DNA from: Ylistrum balloti
Lineage: Eukaryota
Direction: 5' to 3'
DNA: 64,000 nucleotides
Assembly: GCF_031769215.1 (NCBI RefSeq)
Contig: NW_026782055.1
Coordinates: 992,001 to 1,056,000 of the forward strand
The translations under genes were made by a program, and so were the position numbers. Below are positions 38,400 to 52,200 of the stretch, in pieces (positions within the stretch are counted from its first letter, which is position 1; each line of letters begins with the position of its first letter). Under the pieces are notes generated by a model, which was not told where the DNA came from, made no database searches, and saw only the letters and a program-made list of their open reading frames with translations.

Positions 38400-40705
38400 C
38401 CTGCTGACCTAGGATCTATTGCATCCTGCAGACCTAGGATCTATAGAACCCTGCTGACCTAGGGTTTATAGAACCCTGCTGACCTAGGGTCTATTGAATC
38501 CTGCTGACCTAGGGCCTAGGGTCTGTAGAACCCTGCTGACATAGGGTCTAGAGAACTCTGCTTACCTAGGGTCTATAGAACCCTGCTGACCTAGGGTCTA
38601 TAGAATCCTGCTGACCTAGGGTCTATAGAACCCTGCTGACCTAGGGTCTATATAACCCTGCTGACCTAGGGTCTGTAGAACCCTGCTGACATAGGGTCTA
38701 GAGAACTCAGCTTACCTAGGGTCTATAGAACCCTGCAGACCTAGGGTCTATAGAATCCTGCTGACCTAGGGTCTATAGAACCCTGCTGACCTAGGGTCTA
38801 TATAACCCTGCTGACCTAGGGTCTGTAGAACCCTGCTGACATAGGGTCTAGAGAACTCTGCTTACCTAGGGTCTATAGAACCCTGCTGACCTAGGGTCTA
38901 TTGAATCCTGCTGACCTAGGGTCTATAGAACCCTGCTGACCTAGGGTCTATAGAACCCTGCTGACCTAGGGTCTATAGAACCCTGCTGACCTAGGGTCTA
39001 TAGAATCCTGCTGACCTAGGGTCTATAGAACCCTGCTGACCTAGGGTCTATAGAACCCTGCTGACCTAGGGTCTATTGAATCCTGCTGACCAAGGGTCTA
39101 TAGAACCCTGCTGACCTAGGGTCTGTAGAACCCTGCTGACCTAGGGTCTATAGAACCCTGCTGACCTAGGGTCTATAGAACCCTGCTGACCTAGGGTCTA
39201 TAGAACCCTGCTGACCTAGGGTCTGTAGAACCCTGCAGACATAGGGTCTAGAGAACCCTGCTGACCTAGGGTCTATAGAATCCTGCTGACCTAGGGTCTA
39301 TAGAACCCTGCTGACCTAGGGTCTATAGAACCCTGCTGACCTAGAGTTTATAGAATCCTGCTGACCTATTGTCTGTTGAACCCTGCTGATCTAGAGTCTA
39401 TAGAACCCTGCTGACCGAGGGTCTATAGAACTCTACTGACCTAGGGTCTATAGAATCCTGCTGACCTAGGGTCTATAGAACCTTGCTTACCTAGGGTTTT
39501 TAGAATCCTGCTGACCTAGGGTCTATAGAACCCTGCTGACCTAGGGTCTTTTGAACCCTGCTGACCTAGGGTCTGTAGAACCCAGCTGAACTAGGGTCTG
39601 TAAAACCCTGTTTAACTAGGGTCTATAGAATCCTGCTGACCTAGGGTCTATAGAACCCTGCTGACCTAGGGTCTATAGAACCCTGCTGACCTAGGGTCTA
39701 TAGAACCCTGCTGACCTAGGGTCTATAGAACCCTGCTGACCTAGGGTGTGTAGAACCCTGCTGACATAGGGTCAATTGAATCCTGCTGACCTAGGGTCTG
39801 TAGAACCCAGCTGAACTAGGGTCTGTAGAACCCTGTTTAACTAGGGTCTATAGAATCCTGCTGACCTAGGGTCTGTAGAACCCTGCTGAACTAGGGTCTG
39901 TAGAACCCTGCTGAACTAGGGTCTATAGAACCCTGCTGACCTAGGGTCTATAGAATCCTGCTGACCTAGGGTCTATAGAACCCTGCTGACCTAGGGTCTA
40001 TAGAACCCTGCTTACCGAGGGTCTATAGAACTCTACTGACCTAGGGTCTATAGAATCCTGCTGACCTAGGGTCTGTTGAACCGTGCTGACCTAGGGTCTA
40101 TAGAACCTTGCTGACCTAGGGTCTATAGAACCTTGCTTACCTAGGGTTTATAGAATCCTGCTGACCTAGGGTCTGTAGAACCCTGCTGACCTAGGGTCTG
40201 TAGAACCCTGCTAACCTAGGGTCTATAGAACCCTGCTGACCTAGGGACTATAGAACCCTGCTAACCTAGGGTCTATAGAACCCTGCTGACCTAGGGACTA
40301 TAGAATCCTGCTGACATAATGTCAATTGAATCCTGCTGACCTAGGGTCTGTAGAACCCAGCTGAACTAGGGTCTGTAGAACCCTGTTTAACTAGGTTCTA
40401 TAGAATCCTGCTGACCTAGGGTCTATAGAACCCTGCTGACCTAGGGTCTATAGAACATTGCTGACCTAGGGTCTATAGAACATTGCTGACCTAGGGTCTG
40501 TAGAACCCTGCTGACCTAGAGTCTGTAGAACCCTGCTGACCTAGGGTCTGTAGAACCCTGCTGACCTAGAGTCTGTAGAACCCTGCTGACCTAGGGTCTG
40601 TAGAACCCTGCTGACCTAGGGTCTGTAGAACCCTGCTGACCTAGGGTCTGTAGAACCCTGCTGGACTAGGGTCTATAGAACCCTGCTCTATAAAACCCTG
40701 CTGAC
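38400..40705. repeat. Minisatellite, 25-bp unit (ctagggtctatagaaccctgctgac)
   Basis: About 90 copies. Confidence 0.97.
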
Positions 40706-41364
40706 AATCCGAGGGCGCCTATGCAACGATCAGTCCAATATTCGTCGTTCATCTGTGAAAGCGACCACCATGCTGTCGCGAACATCATATGCTCTTACTC
40801 ATAAGCTTCCTGTAATCAAAATTGGAATATTATATCAGCGCGAGAGATACACGTGAGGATCAATATTGTCCAGTCGTTTTGTCGGGATGTTCCCCATCAG
40901 CTACCCCATTATCAAACACCACACGAAACATCGTTTACTTCAACACAAATCTCGTTCACAGCCATTTAATTAATTACTTTGAAGTGAGTGCCGTGCTATC
41001 TGGAGGCGTGATGGTGCTGCGAGCCTCTAGATACACTTACTCGTACCAATCTAGCAGTATGGTAACCATGACAATTAAACACATTCTATTTTAACAAGTG
41101 ATTAATTACATATAGGTTTTGTCGCGGTATGTCGTCATGCGCGCGTCTCTCAGACTGAGCTGGTGCAATCCTCTTACAGTCAGGCTTCACTAGATACGAT
41201 TGCTGAAAGAACGATAATCGGCCTTAGTTTAACGACCCTCTGATATGGCTCGTAAAATGAAGACTTCTCTCATCGCTTGGTTCACTTCATTGATGAAACG
41301 GATTAAAAGATAAACTCATTAAGGCAGATACATAAATGATCTCATCACAAAGATTCATCACATC

Positions 41365-41845
41365 GCTTGGACCAGCCCACAAAGATAAATTTTATAGCTT
41401 GGACCGGCCCACAAAGATCAATTTTATAGCTTTGACCGGCCCACAAAGATCGATTTTATAGCTTGGACCGGCCCACAAAGATCAATCTCATTGACCGACA
41501 CACATAGATTCACTAATCGCTGGGACCGACACACATTGATTCACCAATCCCGGGGGCCGACACATAATGATTCACTGATTGCTGGAACCGACACACAATT
41601 GTTCACCCATCGCTAGGACCGACACACAATGATTCACGCCTCGTTGAAACCGACACACAAAGAATCACCCCTCCTGGAACCGACACACAAAGATTCACCT
41701 ATCTCTGGGACCGACACACAATTTTTCACCAATCAATGGGATCGATACACAAAGATTCACCCATCGATGGGACCAATGCACAAAGATTCACCGATCTCTG
41801 GGACCGACACCCAATGATTCACCCTTCACTGAGACCGACACACAA
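41365..41845. repeat. Diverged minisatellite, ~31-33-bp unit (gaccgacacacaaagattcacc...)
   Basis: Recurring gaccg(a/g)c(a/c)cacaaagat. Confidence 0.85.
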
Positions 41846-41939
41846 AAATTTTATAAAATCCTCGTATTACAATGGCCCCTGGTTTGGTTGTTTCTCCTTG
41901 GCCAACACCTTGATATGACGAACATGTCTCTTGGCTCTA

Positions 41940-44900
41940 GGGGCTGGTGATTATCGCTGTAATATAAATAATGAACGGAAATTTGTCAAGTGGCTGGTGA
42001 TTATCGCTGTGGTATGACGAATGTATGAATATTTTCTAGGAACAGGCGAGTGTGAGAGATGTGTGAGAGATGGACGAATGTTTGACTAGGAACTGATAAT
42101 TATCGCTGGTACTTAAGATGAATGTAAGATTATTGTCTTGGAACAGATAATCATCGCCGTGGTACGACGTATGAACAAAGGTCTGTCTAAGGACTGGTGA
42201 TCATCGCCGTGGTATGACGTATGAACAAAGGTCTGTCTAAGGACTGGTGATTATCACTGTGGTATGAAGTATGGACAAGGGTCGGTCTAAGGACTGGTGA
42301 TTATCGCCGTGGTACGACGAATGAACGAAGGTTTGTCTAAGGACTGGTGATTATCGCCGTGGTACGACGAATGAACGAAGGTTTGTCTAAGGGCTGGTGA
42401 TTATCACTGTGGTACGACGAATGAACGAAGGTTTGTCTAAGGACTGGTGATTATCACTGTGGTATGAAGTATGGACAAGGGTCGGTCTAAGGACTGGTGA
42501 TTATCGCCGTGGTACGACGAATGAACGAAGGTTTGTCTAAGGACTGGTGATTATCGCTGTGGTATGACGAATGAACGAAGGTCTGTCTAAGGGCTGGTGA
42601 TTATCGCTGTGGTACGACGAATGAACGAAGGTCTGTCTAAGGGCTGGTGATTATCGCCGTGGTACGACGAATGAACGAAGGTCTGTCTAAGGGCTGGTGA
42701 TTATCGCTGTGGTACGACGAATGAACGAAGGTTTGTCTAAGGGCTGGTGATTATCGCTGTGGTATGACGTATGAACGAAGGTTTGTCTAAGGGCTGGTGA
42801 TTATCGCTGTGGTATGACGAATGAACGAAGGTTTGTCTAAGGGCTGGTGATTATCACTGTGGTATGACGAATGAACGAAGGTTTGTCTAAGGACTGGTGA
42901 TTATCACTGTGGTATGACGAATGAACGAAGGTTTGTCTAAGGGCTGGTGATTATCGCTGTGGTATGACGTATGAACGAAGGTCTGTCTAAGGGCTGGTGA
43001 TTATCGCTGTGGTATGACGTATGAACAAAGGTATGTCTAAGGACTGGTGATTATCGCTGTGGTATGACGTATGAACAAAGGTTTGTCTAAGGGCTGGTGA
43101 TTATCGCTGTGGTATGACGTATGGACAAAGGTCTGTCTAAGGGCTGGTGATTATCGCTGTGGTATGACGTATGAACAAAGGTTTGTCTAATGGCTGGTGA
43201 TTATCGCTGTGGTATGACGTATGAACAAAGGTTTGTCTAAGGGCTGGTGATTATGGCTGTGGTATGACGTATGAACAAGGGTCGGTCTAAGGACTGGTGA
43301 TTATCACTGTGGTATGACGTATGAACAAAGGTTTGTCTAAGGGCTTGTGATTATCGCTGTGGTATGACGTATGAACAAAGGTTTGTCTAAGGGCTGGTAA
43401 TTATCGCTGTGGTATGACGTATGAACAAAGGTTTGTCTAAGGGCTGGTGATTATCGCTGTGGTATGACGTATGAACAAAGGTCTGTCTAAGGGCTGGTGA
43501 TTATCGCTGTGGTATGACGTATGAACAAAGGTTTGTCTAAGGGCTGGTGATTATCGCTGTGGTATGACGTATGAACAAAGGTCTGTCTAAGGGCTGGTGA
43601 TTATCGCTGTGGTATGACGTATGAACGAAGGTCTGTCTAAGGGCTGGTGATTATCGTTGTGGTATGACGAATGAACGAAGGTTTGTCTAAGGGCTGGTGA
43701 TTATCACTGTGGTATGACGTATGAACAAAGGTTTGTCTAAGGGCTGGTGATTATCGCTGTGGTATGACGAATGAACGAAGGTTTGTCTAAGGGCTGGTGA
43801 TTATCACTGTGGTATGACGAATGAACGAAGGTTTGTCTAAGGACTGGTGATTATCACTGTGGTATGACGAATGAACGAAGGTTTGTCTAAGGGCTGGTGA
43901 TTATCGCTGTGGTATGACGTATGAACGAAGGTCTGTCTAAGGGCTGGTGATTATCGCTGTGGTATGACGTATGAACAAAGGTCTGTCTAAGGACTGGTGA
44001 TTATCGCTGTGGTATGACGTATGAACAAAGGTTTGTCTAAGGGCTGGTGATTATCGCTGTGGTATGACGTATGAACAAAGGTCTGTCTAAGGGCTGGTGA
44101 TTATCGCTGTGGTATGACGTATGGACAAAGGTCTGTCTAAGGGCTGGTGATTATCGCTGTGGTATGACGTATGAACAAAGGTTTGTCTAAGGGCTGGTGA
44201 TTATCGCTGTGGTATGACGTATGAACGAAGGTTTGTCTAAGGGCTGGTGATTATCGCTGTGGTATGACGTATGAACGAAGGTTTGTCTAAGGGCTGGTGA
44301 TTATCGCTGTGGTATGACGTATGAACAAAGGTTTGTCTAAGGGCTGGTGATTATCGCTGTGGTATGACGTATGAACAAAGGTTTGTCTAAGGGCTGGTGA
44401 TTATGGCTGTGGTATGACGTATGAACAAGGGTCGGTCTAAGGACTGGTGATTATCGCTGTGGTATGACGTATGAACAAGGGTCGGTCTAAGAACTGGTGA
44501 TTATCACTGTGGTATGACGTATGAACAAGGGTCGGTCTAAGAACTGGTGATTATCGCTGTGGTATGACGTATGGACAAAGGTCTGTCTAAGGGCTGGTGA
44601 TTATCGCTGTGGTATGACGTATGAACAAAGGTTTGTCTAAGGACTGGTGATTATCGCTGTGGTATGACGTATGAACAAGGGTCGGTCTAAGGACTGGTGA
44701 TTATCACTGTGGTATGACGTATGAACAAGGGTCGGTCTAAGAACTGGTGATTATGGCTGTGGTATGACGTATGAACAAAGGTTTGTCTAAGGGCTGGTGA
44801 TTATGGCTGTGGTATGACGTATGAACAAGGGTCGGTCTAAGGGCTGGTGATTATCGCTGTGGTATGACGTATGAACAAAGGTTTGTCTAAGGGCTGGTGA

Positions 44901-45418
44901 TTATCGCTGTGGTATGACGTATGAACAAAGGTTTGTCTAAGGGCTGGTGATTATCGCTGTGGTATGACGTATGAACAAAGGTTTGTCTAAGGGCTGGTGA
45001 TTATCGCTGTGGTATGACGTATGAACAAAGGTCTGTCTAAGGACTGGTGATTATCACTGTGGTATGACGTATGAACAAGGGTCGGTCTAAGGGCTGGTGA
45101 TTATCGCTGTGGTATGACGTATGAACAAAGGTCTGTCTAAGGACTGGTGATTATCACTGTGGTATGACGTATGAACAAAGGTTTGTCTAAGGGCTGGTGA
45201 TTATCGCTGTGGTATGACGTATGAACAAAGGTTTGTCTAAGGACTGGTGATTATCACTGTGGTATGACGTATGAACAAAGGTTTGTCTAAGGGCTGGTGA
45301 TTATCGCTGTGGTATGACGTATGAACAAAGGTCTGTCGAAGGACTGGTGATTATCACTGTGGTATGACGTATGAACAAAGGTCTGTCTAAGGACTGGTGA
45401 TTATCACTGTGGTATGAC
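41940..45418. repeat. Minisatellite, 50-bp unit (gggctggtgattatcgctgtggtatgacgtatgaacaaaggtttgtctaa)
   Basis: About 68 copies; left-end units are diverged. Confidence 0.97.
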
Positions 45419-45528
45419 GGTTGTTTATCCAGAGGCTGTTGTTTACTTGTTGGCATATGTAAATGTAACAAAACATAACAGAAAGCTGTCTTGATCTTTA
45501 TAATTACATAAATGAAATGTCACACACT

Positions 45529-45534
45529 TTTATT
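45529..45534 (-). promoter_or_regulatory. Candidate polyadenylation signal (AATAAA) of the SULT gene
   Basis: tttatt on the + strand ~610 nt after the stop, just before the 50-bp array. Confidence 0.4.
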
Positions 45535-46145
45535 GTATTTATGTATAGATCTCCAAGGGGAATATGGCCATAGGTAAAATGTCATTGATTTTCCCTACAG
45601 AAATTAATTTTTGAAATCTTTAAATCACCATTAGGCTTATGTTTGTTTCATCTTGTTCGTCTTCGTCGTGTTTCCTCTGAATTAAGTTCAATTTAAGTGG
45701 ATTTGATCAATATATGATCCAGAATAATTCTTGTAACTTTTGGCGGCAACTTGAAACTCAGTATGGCCGTCATGGTAACCATCTAGAAAACGTGATTAAA
45801 TTTTACTGAACTGACTGAATAATATTGCTTCAAGTTCAAGGAAATGGTATGTCGAATTGTTTTTGGGGCCGTTAAAATCCAATATGTCTGATAGATGCTA
45901 TATCGAAAATCCGTTTTAAGCTGTAAATCAAGATCTACAAAATGGCTACCTAGTCTAGGACGACAATCACTGGCAACAGCTCAATCAATAGACGGGTCTG
46001 CTTAAACATGTCATGTATGTCTTGGCCGAAATAAGCTGCAAATCACTGTAAAAGTTACCAAAACGCCGTCCCTGGAGACTGTCAGACACCGAGGTGGAGG
46101 AGGAAACATCAGGTTTTTTTTTCGTGTGGTCAGAACGTACCTTGA

Positions 46146-46255
46146 TTATGTAAATACAAATTTGAGTTTTGAATCTTTCATTTTTTCCTTGAAGATTTCA
46201 TCATACTGCAAATTTTGGGCTACAGTAAACCAGTTTTTCCAATCACCAATTTCCC
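46146..46255 (-). CDS. SULT: SULT coding exon 6 ([15 protein letters not shown]...LKFVFT*)
   Basis: Acceptor gtcgtttttag|; completes the RKGxxGDWKNxFT motif; TAA at 46146-46148. Confidence 0.95.
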
Positions 46256-49200
46256 CTAAAAACGACAAAAAATGGACAATGTGAATATTGATTGACAAAT
46301 GAGGGAAATGAGTGGATATACAACGAAATCGGGATAAATATTTATATCAAAGGGATTTCCGACGGAGGATGAATAGAGCTTTCTTTAGGGGTGAATAAAG
46401 AAAACCAGTCTTTTCAAAGGAGGAAGTGTGAGGTATATCTTTATACGGGGGAAGGAAGAACAGCGTTATAGGACGAGGTGTAGGGGTAAACCTTGTTACG
46501 AGGGGATGGAGAGTAGATTTATCAGAGTATATCTTTATACGGGGGAAGGGAGAACAGCGTTATAGGACGAGGTGTAGGGGTAAACCTTATTACGAGGGGA
46601 TGGAGAGTAGATTTATCAGAGTATGTCTTTATACGGGGGAAGGGAGAACAGCGTTATAGGACGAGGTGTAGGGGTAAACCTTGTTACGAGGGGATGGAGA
46701 GTAGATTTATCGGAGTATAGCCTTATACGGGGGAAGGGAGAACAGCGTTATAGGACGAGGTGTAGGGGTAAACCTTGTTACGAGGGGATGGAGAGTAGAT
46801 TTATCGGAGTATATCTTTATACGGGGGAAGGGAGAACAGCGTTATAGGACGAGGTGTAGGGGTAAACCTTATTACGAGGGGATGGAGAGTAGATTTATCA
46901 GAGTATATCTTTATACGGGGGAAGGAAGAACAGCGTTATAGGACGAGGTGTAGGGGTAAACCTTATTACGAGGGGATGGAGAGTAGATTTATCGGAGTAT
47001 ATCTTTATACGGGGGAAGGGAGAACAGCGTTATAGGACGAGGTGTAGGGGTAAACCTTATTACGAGGGGATGGAGAGTAGATTTATCGGAGTATAGCCTT
47101 ATACGGGGGAAGGGAGAACAACGTTATAGGACGAGGGGTAAAGCTTATAACGAGGGGAAGGAGAGTAGATTTATAGGAGGATGTGGGAGTAAAGCGGAGT
47201 TGGTTGAGTAGACCATGATTTGAAGGGCACGAACATTCTGATGCATTTTTTCGAGCTTTTACCGTACCCTGACACCTTCCATTCCGATGTATATAACATT
47301 AGGAAAAAGTTCTGAGAAGTACAATATTTTCATATCAAATGACTGACAGGTTGACATATGTTTTCGAATGTGCCTTATCCTAAGTTACGCGCCGATATCC
47401 ATACTACACCCATCTCGGTTCTTACTCAGGATTTCGGATATTTTCATGGTTATTTTGCCAGAGACCACCTGTGATCGTTTGCCATTCTTCAGGTCCAAAG
47501 TATACAGACCTTTAGGAAATCCGTACATCAGATGTATTGGATCAGGGTTACTTGTTCCCCCCTCCAGGGAAGAATTCGTCCTTACGCTTTCCATGGGTTA
47601 CAGCAATGCTAATGGGACAAAGCTAAGTCTCCCCCCCTGTCCCTACTTGGACGCCAATTTGACAGAGGGCATTATCTTTTTCAATGGCTCCGCTAGGATG
47701 CAAACCCGAGACCTCTGGCTTACTAGTCAGACTCTAAACCGATCAAGCTAAAGTTCTCTCAAACCTAGCGCTATATTACGGCTTGACATTTACCAGGCTT
47801 AAGACGATAACAAACTTTCACTGTCAAAATCCAAGATATCCACCTATTAGTTATTCAGTTTTTCTGATCAGTTCCAGATTCGAAAGGGTACAACAACGCA
47901 CCACACTGAACCAATATATGAAACTTGGAAAAGATTCGTCCAGAACTTCTCCAGAAATAACGACTTTCAAAAACCACAATGACCGCCTATCGACAATCTT
48001 CAAAATAAAGTCCTCAAAACTAGGAACCAAGCTGAATCTACATGTGAAATTTGAGAAAGATCCATCAAGCACTTCTTAACAATTAGCGATAACAAAGCAT
48101 TACTGTCAAACTCAAAAATGGACGCTTGTTGGCCATTTTTGTTTTTTCGATCAGTTCCAAAATGAGACAATGCAAAATTAGGGGTCACTGGGACCCTATA
48201 CATGAAATATAAAAATAAAGATTGTTTCAGGACAGACGGATGATCAAGGATGCCAGAGCATGGACGAAGGGTGATTTGAATACTGTCGATTAACAATTTT
48301 TACATTTCATCCCATTTACATTTCATCCCATTGCTGTACTTAAGAATACTTACCTTTCCTGTACATTCCCTTCATCAACTTATCAAACATGGGGTATTCC
48401 GAGTGGTCTTTCACCTGGTCGTTGGCCTTTTTCATGTTGGAGAATCTGCACATTTTGGCCACTTCTGCTATAAATGTCTCATCCCTGTCCTTCCCTAAAA
48501 ACCTAGCCAGACGGGCAATCTCCTCCTCAGGGTTCTATTAAGGGAAAAAAGACAAGGAGACATCCTTCGATAAACAAGTAACAAAATACAAATAACGGTC
48601 CTGGTTTTGAAAGTTCATACCACGATCAATATACACAATATCGTTTAAAAATATTTCGAAATAATCAGTGTACGTGGTTATGCTCATTAACACTAACCCT
48701 ACTTGCGCCAAGTATGATGTTATCAATTGTTAGATTTGAAGTTCTGTCAATAAACCATGGTTATTCTAATGAGTGACAACATATAGACATCACTATTTCT
48801 ACCTAAAATTACCTTTTATAATGTATATTTTACGCAGTTTCATTCTTTCCCCGGAAAGGAATACAAAATCCTGAATAGTATTAGTTTTACGGCTTTCAGG
48901 GTTCTGTCCATTCAGTACACTAATAGGATTCCGTTATTATAGCATCGTTCTGTCTTGCCGGTCTCTGACGCGCGTCAATATAATTGTATATGGGAAAAGG
49001 ACCTGATCTCCCGCTATCGTCAGATGGAATCATTTCGTTCAATTTCCGATATTTCCAAAATTACTTCAGAAATCAACATGATACATTTATATACCAAATG
49101 ATACCAAAAGTGTCTCTTCTTTACATTGAGTTTTTTTTTTTTTTTTTTATCTCGTTCGCGTGTAAAATTCCGAGACTTTATTTGGATTGCCTGACCTTTT

Positions 49201-52200
49201 TTAAGAGACTGTTTGTTCCCTTGTTTTTTTCAAAAGGACCGTAATGGCGAACTTGGTTTTTCTTTGCGTTTATCTTTTCTAAAGAACCGCGGTGACTTCC
49301 TCTTTAGACAGTCTTTTGTGGACATTTGTGGTTGCTAATAAGAACCTTTCCGAACGATTCGTAGTCACCTACCTTTCTGGTCAAATACTGGTCACTTACC
49401 TTGGCTGTCTGACCTTTTAGAGTGATTCGTGTTCGCCTGTCTGGGTTTTCTGACCTTTTTGAGTGATTCGTGTTCGCCTGTCTGGGTTGTCTTACCTTTT
49501 TGAGTGATTCTGTCTGGGTTGTCGCCTGATCGCCTGGGGTGTTTGAGTGATTTGTGTTCGCCTGTCTGGGTTGTCTGACCTTTTTGAGTGATTTGTGTTC
49601 GCCTGTCTGGGTTGTCTGACCTTTTTGAATGATTTGTGTTCGCCTGTCTGGGGTTTCTGACCTTTTTGAGTGATTTGTGTTCGCCTGTCTAGACTGTCTG
49701 ACCTTTTTGAGTGATTTGTGTTCGCCTGTCTGGGTTGTCTGACCTTTTTGAGTGATTTGTGTTCGCCTGTCTGGGTTGTCTGATTTGTGTTCGCCTGTCT
49801 TTGTCTGACCTTTTTGAGTGATTTGTGTTCGCCTGTCTGGGTTGTCTGACCGTTTTGAGTGATTGTGTTCGCCTGTCTGGGTTGTCTGACCTTTTTGAGA
49901 GATTCGTGTTCAACTATCTGGGTAATCTGACCTTTTTGAGTGATTCGTGTTCGCCTGTCTGGGTTGTCTTACATTTTTGAGAGATTCGTGTTCGCCTATT
50001 TGTGGTGTCTGACCTTTTTGAGTGATTCGTGTTCGCCTGTCTGGGTTGTCTTACCTTTTTGAGTGATTCGTGTTCGCCTGTCTGGGTTGTCTGACCTTTT
50101 TGAGAGATTCGTGTTCAACTATCTGGGTTGTCTGACCTTTTTGAGTGATTCGTGTTCGCCTGTCTGGGTTGTCTGACCTTTTTGAGTGATTCGTGTTCGC
50201 CTGTCTGGGTTGTCTTACCTTTCTGAGTGATTCGTGTTCGCCTGTCTAGACTGTCTTACCTTTTTGAGTGATTCGTGTTCGCCTGTCTGGGTTGTCTTAC
50301 CTTTTTGAGTGATTCGTGTTCGCATGTCTGGGTTGTCTGACCTTTTTGAGTGATTCGTGTTCGCCTGTCTAGACTGTCTTACCTTTTTGAGTGATTCGTG
50401 TTCGCCTGTCTGGGTTGTCTTACCTTTTTGAGTGATTCGTGTTCGCCTGTCTGGGTTGTCTTACCTTTTTGAGTGATTCGTGTTCGCCTGTCTGGGTTGT
50501 CTGACCTTTTTGAATGATTCGTGTTCGCCTGTCTGGGTTGTCTGACCTTTTTGAGTGATTCGTGTTCGCCTGTCTGGGTTGTCTGACCTTTTTGAGTGAT
50601 TCGTGTTCGCCTGTCTGGGTTGTCTGACCTTTTTGAGTGATTCGTGTTCGCCTGTCTGGGTTGTCTGACCTTTTTGAGTGATTCGTGTTCGCCTGTCTGG
50701 GTTGTCTGACCGTTTTGAGTGATTCGTGTTCGCCTGTCTGGGTTGTCTGACCTTTTTGAGTGATTCGTGTTCGCCTGTCTGGGTTGTCTGACCGTTTTGA
50801 GTGATTCGTGTTCGCCTGTCTGGGTTGTCTGACCTTTTTGAGTGATTCGTGTTCGCCTGTCTGGGTTGTCTGACCTTTTTGAGTGATTCGTGTTCGCCTG
50901 TCTGGGTAATCTGACCTTTTTGAGTGATTCGTGTTCGCCTGTCTGGGTTGTCTTACATTTTTGAGAGATTCGTGTTCGCCTATTTGTGGTGTCTGACCTT
51001 TTTGAGTGATTCGTGTTCGCCTTTTTGAGTGATTCGTGTTCGCCTGTCTAGACTGTCTTACCTTTTTGAGTGATTCGTGTTCGCCTGTCTGGGTTGTCTG
51101 ACCTTTTTGAGCGATTCGTGTTCGCCTGTCTGGGTTGTCTGACCTTTTTGAGAGATTCGTGTTCGCATGTCTGGGTTGTCTGACCTTTTTGAGTGATTCG
51201 TGTTCGCCTATCTGGGTTGTCTTACCTTTTTGAGTGATTCGTGTTCGCCTGTCTGGGTTGTCTGACCTTTTTGAGTGATTCGTGTTCGCCTGTCTGGGTT
51301 GTCTTACCTTTTTGAGTGATTCGTGTTCGCCTGTCTGGGTTGTCTTACCTTTTTGAGTGATTCGTGTTCGCCTGTCTGGGTTGTCTTACCTTTTTGAGTG
51401 ATTCGTGTTCGCCTGTCTGGGTTGTCTTACCTTTTTGAGTGATTCGTGTTCGCCTGTCTGGGTTTTCTGACCTTTTTGAGAGATTCGTGTTCGCATGTCT
51501 GGGTTGTCTGACCTTTTTGAGTGATTCGTGTTCGCCTGTCTGGGTTGTCTGACCTTTTTGAGTGATTCGTGTTCGCCTGTCTGGGTTGTCTTACCTTTTT
51601 GAGTGATTCGTGTTCGCCTGTCTGGGTTGTCTGACCTTTTTGAGTGATTCGTGTTCGCCTGTCTGGGGTGTCTGACCTTTTTGAGTGATTCGTGTTCGCC
51701 TGTCTGGGTTGTCTTACCTTTTTGAGTGATTCGTGTTCGCCTGTCTGGGTTGTCTTACCTTTTTGAGTGATTCGTGTTCGCCTGTCTGGGGTTTCTGACC
51801 TTTTTGAGTGATTCGTGTTCGCCTGTCTGGGTTTTCTGACCTTTTTGAGAGATTCGTGTTCGCATGTCTGGGTTGTCTGACCTTTTTGAGTGATTCGTGA
51901 AAGTCTGAAACACCTTTTTGAGTGATTCCTATCTGGGGTGTCTTACCTTTTTGAGTGATTCGTGTTCGCCTGTCTGGGTTGTCTGACCTTTTTGAGTGAT
52001 TTGTGTTCGCCTGTCTGGGGTTTCTGACCTTTTTGAGTGATTCGTGTTCGCCTGTCTGGGTTGTCTGACCTTTTTGAGTGATTCGTGTTCGCCTGTCTGG
52101 GTTGTCTGACCTTTTTGAGTGATTCGTGTTCGCCTGTCTGGGGTTTCTGACCTTTTTGAGTGATTCGTGTTCGCCTGTCTGGGTTTTCTTACCTTTTTGA

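Noticed and set aside
47368-47751. Overlapping 127-aa (+) and 69-aa (-) ORFs in SULT intron 5
   Set aside because: They overlap a SINE-like head and body; no recognisable domain.
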